Positions 44,412 through 57,360 of a DNA stretch of 57,360 nucleotides are shown here, piece after piece. The first letter of the stretch is position 1, and each line of letters begins with the position of its first letter. The notes under the pieces are model-generated. The model saw nothing but the letters and a program-made list of their open reading frames with translations. It was not told the DNA's origin and made no database searches. The DNA lies in assembly GCA_031835245.2 (NCBI GenBank), contig JAVKOQ020000031.1, forward strand, positions 248,001-305,360, read 5' to 3'. The stretch comes from Balamuthia mandrillaris (taxonomy: Eukaryota). A program made the position numbers and the translations under genes.

Positions 44412-47017
44412 TCACGGAACTTGCTGAGGCCGTTCTTTCTGCAGCTTATCCTCCAGCTGTAGAGTGGGGTCGCCGGAGCTACCATAGAAGGCATACCTCC
44501 ACCTCTTTTTGGTTTTTGCCCAACACATCGGCCGCCCAAAGAAGAAAACGAGCAGCTCAACTTCCTTATGCTTCTCCTTCCCCTCCACCACTGCCTTATA
44601 CTTCTCCTCCCCCTCCTCCTTTCTTCTCCTTTCCGCTTCCTTTAGGTAGATATCCAGCATGGCTATCGCCAGGCCAGAGTCGTCCTCCAAAAGCTTGAAA
44701 ACTTCTTCTTTGTCGTTGACGTCACGTACGGTCTCAAAAAAGTGGCGCAATAGCTTCCATACCCCTATCAACAAGTGCGTGAGCGTGACAGAAATAAACA
44801 AGCCACATCAAAAAACATACCGTTAGTGTCCCGTTGGTGATTCTTCAGGCGGGTGAGGTATGCAGCGGCATCTGAAAGCCGCGTCGAATTCTCTATGAAC
44901 TTGTCCCCTTTACAAATTGGGGGTCGTCCAGGCCTAAAGACATTGAACAAATCAAGGAATATCTCCTCATCCTGTCTGCGGTTTCACAAAAGATTGCCAT
45001 GAAAAAAATATATTGTTTGGTGCAAATAAAGCTCCAAGAAGGCTACTGCCAAACATGCCAAGTCTGCTTTCTGGCAGAGCACTGCCTGTGCTGCTCTGCA
45101 TTGCTGGCAACCAAGCGTAGATTGTGTTTCCACCCAAGATAGGCAGTTCTCATTTCCTCATACAATCTGGCTCCACGTTTCCCAGGTCGGTAGCCTTCCT
45201 CTAGCAACCAACGGACATACGCCCTTGAAGGTCGCGGCCCCATCCACCCAACGTGCTTGAAGTAGGATTGAATGCTCTCTGTAGAGGGGCAATAATAGGC
45301 ATGCAGTATCGCCTTCAGTTTGGCTACATAAGAATCGTGACGCTCCTGGAAATAGAGCTTCTTAAGCTGGGAGTTAAAGGGGTTATCACATGGGTTTACA
45401 AATGCCCCGCCTGTAGCTGGGAAGGAACAGGTTGAAGCTCCCATCTCCATGAAGAAATCTTGAACCGAGTGTGCAGTGTACTCAGGTCCACGGTCATGGA
45501 CCACCAACGGATTGTCATTCAGGTAGTCCCCTACCAAGTCCAACCACCGCAACGTTAGATCCGCTGAAGGTGCTGAGAGGCCAGGAATGTAGACCACTTT
45601 TCCATCCCCTCCAACGTCAACATCCTTGGGCACAGTAGGGCAGTTGGTGAATATGACAGGAGGAAGCACCTCCCTGCTCATGACCAATCCTTCATATAAG
45701 ATCGTTTTGTAGTCAAACCTGTTTTCCCAGAGTGAGGGCTGGCCACTGTTGGGATGGTGTTTAAAAGTTACACAGAGATCCCGTGAGAATTAGATTGGAG
45801 CATTACAGGTGCATTACCATGGCAAAATAATCTAAAACCGGGGCTACATACCTTCCCTGTGGAGCATATGTCCTGAGGATGTACTCAGGGTGTGTGAATC
45901 GTACAGTGTCCACAGCAACTACGCGGGTGGGATCTCCAAGCTCATCAATCTGGTTTCATAAACCCTTCAAAAATCAATAGAGCTCTTGTGGAAGTTGAGG
46001 TCTTGCATACTTGGAGGGCTTGTTGGCAGCTTGATGAGAGGACAGGTGTAAAGCTTTCATGTGGGTAGATACCCAACCAATACTGACATCCTCCTGAAAG
46101 CTAGCAGCGATGAACTTTTGGATGGCTTTGATGGAAGTCTGCTTGTGGGCCTTCACACAAGAAAGAACCCAACCTCCGACCACCAACTGCTCTTGACGTG
46201 AGAGTTTTGGAGGACGGCCACGGGGTGGAAGGACAGCAGGGTCCCAAGGAGGTGCAGCTTCTTGCCTTTTCCTGCGATAAACAGTGGAAGCATCTGGAGT
46301 GTCTGCATTCTTGCAGAAGGCATAGGGTGTTGGCTTTTTTTTTTGTTTACGTTTTTTCCTCACCTCAGTTTGAGCAAGGCAGAGTTTCTTGGTGTCTTCA
46401 GAATAGTTATGGCGAGGCCTCTTCCTGCTTGCCATTGTTTTGCTCCTTCTACTTTTTTTCTTTCCTCCTGACTCAACAGTTCACCTGGCCAATCAGTGGA
46501 AAATCGTGGGAAACTTTTCTAAAACCGCAGTGTAGGATAAAGAGAATTAAAACCAAATAGGCTGCTGTAGTGTGGAGTGAATAGCGCTTACTAGTAAGGC
46601 TTGGGAGAGCTTTCTGATGGCCAAGCTTTGGCGCTGGAGATCGCTTCCATCTTTGTTTTTTCCCTCTGCACAAGGACAAAAATTTTTTCGAGCCTGGCAA
46701 AGCCTAGCAAGCCCAGACAGGCCGTGCACGACGAAGCAAGGAGCAAAGTCTCTCCCATACTTATCAGCAATGTCCTTCCTGTAAAGAAAATGATTCAAGA
46801 TTTAGGAAGAGCAGCGTTTAGGGTTATTATTATTTTGTTTTTTTTTTTTTTTTGGGGGGGGGGGATATAACTACCGAACTTGGCGTTCCACCAAGCCACC
46901 AATCTCTTTTTTGAGGTCTTCTTTGGTACTGCGTACCTCCGCCTGGATGCTCGCCTGAATACTCGCCATTTGTGTCCGCAGCTCCACAAACAACTTATCT
47001 ATGTAGTTATAGTCCAT
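44412..47017 (-). CDS. Hypothetical 4-exon gene whose second intron contains the transposon (exons 47017-46875, 46778-46592, 44971-about 44821, about 44764-44412)
   Basis: Phase-compatible splicing gives MDYNYIDKLFVELRTQMASIQASIQAEVRSTKEDLKKEIGGLVERQVR/KDIADKYGRDFAPCF...SQALL/DEEIFLDLFNVFRPG...RDTNG/VWKLLRHFFE...; 3' end uncertain and the gene may be truncated. Confidence 0.65.
44976..46530 (-). mobile_element. 1555-bp TIR DNA transposon (IS630/Tc1/mariner/pogo-type DD35D transposase) with 27-bp imperfect TIRs and 3-bp TGT/ACA target-site duplication
   Basis: Left end CTGCGGTTTCACAAAAGATTGCCATGA (44976-45002) versus reverse complement of right end CTGCGGTTTTAGAAAAGTTTCCCACGA (46504-46530): 22/27 identical, outer 9 perfect. 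TGT at 44973-44975 and 46531-46533. Confidence 0.85.
45043..46435 (-). pseudogene. Spliced DD35D transposase pseudogene (two in-frame TGA stops; intron 45851-45746)
   Basis: HTH-like DASTVYRRKR, GRPPKLS linker, second HTH (SIKAIQKFIAASFQEDVSIGWVSTHMK), then Y*FLKGL*NQ, VVAVD (D1), GTATGT..CAG intron in frame, LVVHDRG (D2), 35 residues, NPCD (D3). Confidence 0.8.
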
Positions 47018-47725
47018 AGCGTATAGAAATGCGAGGCTAGCAAGGGGTGGTGTAAAGCAAGTACTTACTAGTTCGCGAAGAAAGAGGGAAAAAAAAAAGA
47101 AAGTGAGCTCTGCTTCTTTTTTTTCTTGTTTTGTCGACCGGTGCGTTCCCTTTTTCTGATCGGCGGTGTGTCGACAAAAAGGCGGAAATAGGAATTTCTT
47201 TTTTGCCCATGAACCTGAAATGTGGCAAGAAGTACATGAGAAAGCAGAAGAACCAACCAGTGAGAACAAAGAGGACCAACAAATCAACCACAGCTAGAGC
47301 TTGCTACACAATTGCATTTTCCAACTGGCGAGCAACAAAAAGCTTACAAAATGGATGCATTGAAAGTTGCAGCATTCTTTTGTGAGAGGCGTGGTAGCAT
47401 TGTTGTTGTTTCTTTTCTTTTTTTGTTTTTCCTTTTCTATCTGTAAAAAGAAATAATTCACTTCAGTAGAGGGGCCATAGTGCTAACGACTTTCATTTTT
47501 CGCTTGTTGCGTATGTTAATGACGATCAAAACAACCAAAGGGGAAAAAAAGTAAAGGTGCAAGGGGAGAGAAGAGACAAAGGAAGACCAAGTCTGCAACC
47601 GCCCCCTTTTCTTTTTGTTTTCTCTTTTTTATTTTTCAGTTTCGTGACGTCGCGAAGATGTCTTTCGGGTCGTCACGCCACTTGTCTACAAAAAAACAAA
47701 AAGAACAGCAGGGGAGCCAAGAGGG

Positions 47726-47795
<70 letters not shown>

Positions 47796-47817
47796 AAACA
47801 CTCATTCATTGGCTCCG

Positions 47818-51973
<4,156 letters not shown>

Positions 51974-52494
51974 GATAACGAGGCCATTGCTACAGCAGTT
52001 ACAACACGTAATTGTAGCTTCCTCCTCTTCATCCGTCTCTCTTTTCCCTTTATTTGTGAGTCTCTGCACATAAAACTACTTTTATCTTCTATCAACTCCC
52101 TCTAGAGCTATGGTCGTTCAAGGAAGTGATCTTGTACTGGATTAATCCAGTCCAAGATTGTCACTGGCACGGCACGTAAACAACCCCGCTTCTCCCACTG
52201 CCTGCACAAACTCACACGAGCCGAAGGCAGGAAGCGGAAGGTAAGGCCATTTTGTTTTCCATCTCCCTCTCCAAAAGGTCACCAACACCAAGCCAAAGAT
52301 ATGGTGATACCAGAACCACAGAACGAGAGAGAGAGAGAGAGAGAGAGAGAGGGGACGAAGAAAAAGCAAAAAGTGTTTGCGGTGTTGTTTCACAAAAGTA
52401 ACAAATAACAACAAAATGGGAGGTGAAGAAAAAGGAAGAACGGTTGGTTAGATTAACATACACAGAGAAGGCGAAACTCGAAAAAAAACACGGT

Positions 52495-53064
52495 TTAGGT
52501 CTCGAAGGTAACAAGGTAAATGACGCACTGGAGGATGAGAATGACGAGGTAGAAGAGGGCCAAGCAAAAGCTGAGAAAGTAGAGAAGGAGCTTGGGCAGC
52601 CATATCACGTCGTACTCGTTCATGACGAAGAGGAACATCATGCGAACGTACTCGGCCATGATGTTGAGGAAGCAAAAGGTGAAGACAAAGGCGCCAGGGT
52701 CCTCCGACCGGAACAACACCATGAAGAGCACCCAATGGACCACCATGTGAAATGAGTTCAACACGATGCCAAAGATTTCTCGCTCCACCACGCGTTGCAG
52801 CAGCCATATGACCTGAATGGAGGCAATGATGCCGAGGAAGGCCTGCTGAGCTTTCTTCTCGGGGCCGTATTCTCTGTAGCTGGCGTCGTAGATGCTGATG
52901 GAGGCCAGGGCCACGCCTATAGCCATGGCCCTCAGCAAACTCTCGGCCCAACCGAGCGGGCCGTACTTTTCGCAGCGCCATGTCTTGTCTCCCAAGATGC
53001 CCTCCGAGCGCCTGCAGCTGCAATTGGAAAAACAGTCTCGAAACTTGTCTGCCACCCCGTCCAT
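52495..53064 (-). CDS. Hypothetical intronless multi-pass membrane protein (about 5 TM segments)
   Basis: 189-aa ATG ORF with about five hydrophobic stretches; no family recognised. Confidence 0.75.
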   Translation of the reverse strand: MDGVADKFRDCFSNCSCRRSEGILGDKTWRCEKYGPLGWAESLLRAMAIGVALASISIYDASYREYGPEKKAQQAFLGIIASIQVIWLLQRVVEREIFGIVLNSFHMVVHWVLFMVLFRSEDPGAFVFTFCFLNIMAEYVRMMFLFVMNEYDVIWLPKLLLYFLSFCLALFYLVILILQCVIYLVTFET

Positions 53065-53399
53065 TTTCGTTGGTTTTGTTTGTTTTGCTTGTTTGTATTG
53101 AGGGCGTTACACCAAGAGAGCAGTACTGCCCAGCACCACCAGCAGCAACCCCTCTCCACCACAACAAAAAAATAGAGAGAGAGCGCGCGAGGAAGAGGGA
53201 AAAAAGGGGGTTCCCTCTGTTGTGTGTGGCAGTAGCAAGGGAAGGACAGAAATGCTGGGCTGGCGCCCCCGATCGTATTTGTCCTTTTTTTATTTTTATG
53301 GCGACATATTACACAAATGAGGACATGGCTGCGGCTAACCGGAGCACTTGTTGTGCAGTGTTTGCATGAGGGGCAATTCCGGATGGGTAAACGAAAAAA

Positions 53400-53408
53400 G
53401 GCGGGAAA
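53400..53408 (-). promoter_or_regulatory. E2F-consensus site TTTCCCGCC upstream of kinesin-8
   Basis: GGCGGGAAA on + strand, about 210 bp before the kinesin ATG; function untested. Confidence 0.35.
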
Positions 53409-53615
53409 GCCACCCCCATGGATGACCGTTACGAAAGGCAGAGGACCTTGTGCTTGTTGTCGTTTGGGCAAAAAAAAAAAGTCGTATAACCCTCAGCGGC
53501 AAGGACGTCCGGCAAGGCAGGCAAGGCAGGGAAGACCGAGGAGCCTCGTATATCGAACTAGTTGCGCTTGGAGCTTTTTGGTTTCTCTCTTTTCCTGTGC
53601 GTTACGTGAGCCAAG

Positions 53616-56600
53616 ATGTCTGGCGCTTCGCAGGGAGACGCCCAATATTCGGATCCCAACCCAAACATGGTGGTTGCTGTTAGGTAGCATCTTCGCACAA
53701 AAAAAAAACTTGTTGATCATTCCCCCCCCCTCCACAAGGCTTGCTTACACTGTTGCATATGTCAACAGGGTACGGCCTGACAATGAAAAAGAAAAACAGT
53801 CCTTTAATTCCAAGACCGTTGTTCGAGTTGTGGACGAGCGCATGCTCATCTTTGACCCCGCGGACAGCAACACGCGAACAAAAGGCATTCCAGACCATTT
53901 CACTCGCTGCAAGGACCAACGCTACATGTTTGACCGCGTTTTTGACCAGTATGCCACGCAGAGGGAAGTCTACGAGCACACCGCCAAAGACCTCATCAAC
54001 GCTGTAATGAACGGCTACAACGCCACTATTTTTGCCTACGGCGCCACTGGTATCTCATCCCTTTTCCTTAATTTGAACTCTTTTCTTGTCTTGTTCTTCT
54101 TCTTGCTCTTAACGTTTCGTACACAACAAAAGGTTCTGGAAAGACGCATACGATGATAGGATCGAAAGAGCAAGGCGGTATAATGCTGGAGGCCATGAGA
54201 GACCTATTCAAAGCTATACAGGAAAACCAAGACAAGCAATACACTATTCAGTTTTCCTACTTGGAAGTCTACAACGAACAAATACGGGACCTTTTGGTGG
54301 AAGGCAATGTCATTCTTGAGCTGAGAGACACACCCAAAGGGGCTGTCGTGAGCGGACTGTCTCATCGTACCCCTAAAAGCGCTGAAGAGGTGTGTTTGCA
54401 ACCACTCTATAACAATCGCGTCAAACAACGGGAACTAACTTTAATTGAAACAAAAAGATATTGGAGCTATTGGAAACTGGTAACAGCAGAAGAGCAGTCT
54501 CTCCAACAGAAGCGAACCAAGTGTCTTCTCGCTCGCATGCTGTCATGCAGGTCATCGTACAACAAAAAGAGAGGACCGCGGACGTGCAGGCAGCCGTTAA
54601 CGTCGGAAAGCTTTCTTTGATCGACTTGGCAGGTTCGGAGCGAGCCTGTGTTACTCGCAACATCGGTGCTCGTATGAAAGAAGGCGCCAACATCAACAAG
54701 TCGCTTCTGGCCCTCGGCAACTGTATCAACGCATTGGGAGAAGGCAACGGCAAGAACAAATATGTACCATATCGCAACAGCAAGTTGACGAGATTGTTGA
54801 AGGATTCTCTGGGAGGCAACTGCCGGACGGTCATGATCACCACCGTCAGCCCTTCCAGTCTCTCCTACGAAGATACCCTTAACACACTCAAATATGCCAA
54901 TCGTGCAAAGAACATTCGCACAAAGGTCTCGCGAAATGTTGTCAATGTCAAGTTCCACGTTGCTCAATACAAGAACATCGTCGTTACGCTTCGTAAAGAG
55001 GTGGCCCAGCTCAAAAACAAGCTCTCTTCTGTTGAGGTTGAGCGTGACCAATTGCTTGGTATGTTTTATAACTTTCTCTTCTTGGTACTGCACCTATTGT
55101 TACTGTAAAATGTTAACAATTTGTTCTTTCTTATTTATAGCTGGAATGGCAGATTCAACCAGAAACAAAGCAAAGGAGCAGAAGGAGGAGGCTGCTCTCA
55201 GCCAGCTGCTTGCTAAGATCAGAGAGAACTTTGCAGAACGTACCAGTCTGAAGAGAAACTTGCTTGAACTTCAAGAACAAGAGAAAGAAAATGATCTGAC
55301 ATTCCGAAAGAAGAAAGCTGCTATAGCAGGGTGCGTTTAGCTTTTTCTTCACTTAGTTTCTCTTGTTGCTCACCTTTCTTTCCTTGAAAAAAAAAGATGG
55401 GAACTTAACCCGAAGAGAGGAACCTCGGGAGTGTTCACTCCGCCACAGATCGCCAAAATGAGACAAGAAGTAGGCGTCATGACCCATAACACCACGGAGA
55501 ACAGAATCAAGCAATCCAATCTCAACAAACGTTTGGAGAAGAGCCTACAGGATTTTGAGGAGCTTCAAAAACAGACATCAATGCTCATCGACTCACCTCA
55601 TAAACGAAAGCTCTTGCAGAGCGAAGAAACCATTCAAGAGTTAACAATGGCGAATCGCCAACTGATGGACAAACTCAAGTTTGACCAACAGCTGTTGCAT
55701 GCCAAGGATCAACGCATCAACGAATTGGAAAATCTTGTTCGTGACCAGTTTCTCACTCTCAAAGGTATTCATGGCCCTTGCAACCTTTCTCCACAATTGT
55801 TTCTGACTGTGCTTCTCTTTATTGAACAGAGCATAAAATAGCGACGGAGAAGCACGCCTATGCCTTCACCACAGTCACCGGGGAGGTATTGCTAACGCCA
55901 CGACGGGCACCCTCTGGCAATCTGCTGCGCACAAGACAAGGACAAGGGGGCTCTCCCACAGTAGCGGCCTCGCCTGGTCAGCATGTCTACTTGCTGAGTC
56001 CGGCGGCATCTCGTGGCCTCTCTTCTGTGGTACCTCCTATGCCTTCCTCTACCTTTGGACTGCCTCGCAGTAATCTCATGAATAGCTTTGCGTTTATGAG
56101 CTCGTCCTCTGAGTGCACCAGTGTGACTAATGAAGGAAGCTCATCTGAATTGCAAACTACATCGACGGCATTGGAGACGCCCCACCAACTGCAGAATGTG
56201 GATGCTGTTGCTGATGTCGTCACTCCATTCTCTCAACACAGCGGTGGCGCCGGAGAGTCATCCCCGTTTTCCTCTCCAAAACGGCCTCGCTCCATCCTCA
56301 AAAAGAAGACAGGTTCACGACGACGAAATGGGAAGAAAGTAACCATTTCCGACGTTCCTTGCCATGTCTTCCAAGAAGTATGCTTTTTTTCTGAACATTT
56401 AAGCTTCCATGTATTAATGCCTGTTCTCTGTTTACTGCTACTTATAGCCACAGGACCAAGCACAAGCCAGCTCCAATAGCACTAACACAAAGGTTGGATT
56501 TGCGATAGCAGCTGATGGCGGTGATGGAGCAAGCGATGACTCGTCGGTCTCCACATCTACTAGTGAGGATACTCACTTTTCAGAAGGTCCTTTCATGAAG

Positions 56601-57233
56601 AAGAGAAAGAGAGCGGCTCCCTCTTCATCTTCTGCATTGTCTTCAAGCAGCTCCAAACCTCCATCCGCTGTCTCGACTTCCTTCTCCAGGCTGCTCGCCC
56701 CAACTGTGGCCAGCCAAAACCGAACCAAGATGAAGAACGCCAGTATAACAACCGGTTATGACAAACGCCACGTCGCTTCAGCAGCAACCAGCAGCATGGA
56801 GCGGAGGGCGAGCGGTGGTGCTGCCGCTTCAACTCCCAACAGTAGCAATAGCACAGGCGGAGCAGCAAGTAATTCCTCCTCTTTGATGATGCCAATAAGG
56901 CGGCAGAGCGACTGGCATGAGAAGTTGCGAGCTGCCCGAATGCAGCGAGCAGCTGCCGCAGCTGGCAAAGAGAATGTCTCCTCTACTCCTAGCTTATCAT
57001 CATCGTCGGGAGGCATACCAACGGCCTCCACCTTCTCCTCCACTTCCACAAACACAACCTCCTCTCTTTGCAGTAGTAACGCGACGCAGCAGACAGGGAA
57101 CACCAATCATCAGCCACCTTCTGCCAAGAAGTACCCGCATCTATCCAAAAAGGCGACGCGCGTTCGTGTGCTCTCAAGCCCTCCTGCGGTTGCCGGCGCT
57201 TCACGCACTCTTTCCGTTGCAAATGGCAACTAG
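53616..57233 (+). CDS. Kinesin-8 family motor (KIF18/KIF19-like), multi-exon
   Basis: NMVVAVR/VRP, YMFDRVFD, GYNATIFAYGATG/SGKTHTM, SYLEVYNEQIRDLL, ANQVSSRSHAV, GKLSLIDLAGSERA, EGANINKSLLALGNCINAL, VPYRNSKLTRLLKDSLGGNCRTVMI, YEDTLNTLKYANRAKNI; coiled coil and Ser-rich tail. Confidence 0.95.
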
Positions 57234-57360
57234 TGAAGAGTTTGGTACAAGTGGTGGCGATAGGGTTGGTGGCTATACTATCAGCTGATAGGCGGTAAGC
57301 GGCTCAGAAAAGGCTCTCTTAATTGGCAGTTTTGGGTGCTGCTCTATCGCCTTCGCATTG

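Noticed and set aside
45954..45976. In-frame TGA codons as selenocysteine or an alternative genetic code
   Set aside because: Host genes here use TGA as a normal stop (e.g. PPR, PSMB6, PRKCSH); CGA-to-TGA decay in a dead transposon is simpler.
46526..46534. Reading the transposon end as TA + CACTGCGG (classical Tc1 TA duplication)
   Set aside because: The other end lacks the matching CA and TA, whereas a TGT direct repeat fits both ends and restores a normal intron; kept only as the refuting alternative.

Overview
Gene-dense eukaryotic (protist) genomic DNA with many short GT-AG introns whose sense strand is often filled with (CT)n tracts. Gene content and style suggest a free-living amoebozoan such as Acanthamoeba or Balamuthia; this is inference only. 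The left edge (1-2010) is a CpG-eroded block of dead Copia and Gypsy retroelement fragments. About 22 host genes follow: ARMH3/C10orf76-like, a twin-CX9C protein, a Cdc123-like ATP-grasp, a PLS-class PPR-DYW protein, glucosidase II beta, two microproteins, a SnoaL-like protein, proteasome beta1, RPL31, NECAP, UBE2J1-like E2, NC2 alpha, a WD40-IQ-DH-PH-RhoGAP protein, importin alpha-like, an F-box protein with a PI31-like motif, a Cdc15/SepA-like kinase, FAN/BEACH, a membrane protein, kinesin-8 and several hypotheticals. Four observations stand out. (1) An intronless plant-editing-factor-like PPR-E-DYW gene keeps a code-compliant RNA-recognition array but has lost all three key catalytic residues of the deaminase (HSE to HSD, CxxC to SxxS). 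(2) A 1555-bp TIR transposon encoding a spliced DD35D IS630/Tc1/pogo-type transposase is flanked by a non-TA 3-bp target duplication and sits exactly in a splice acceptor that the duplication regenerates. (3) The block carrying that transposon lies between two copies of a duplicated promoter. (4) CpG decay is concentrated in transposable elements. Exon boundaries were read by eye and protein assignments come from recognised motifs, not database searches.
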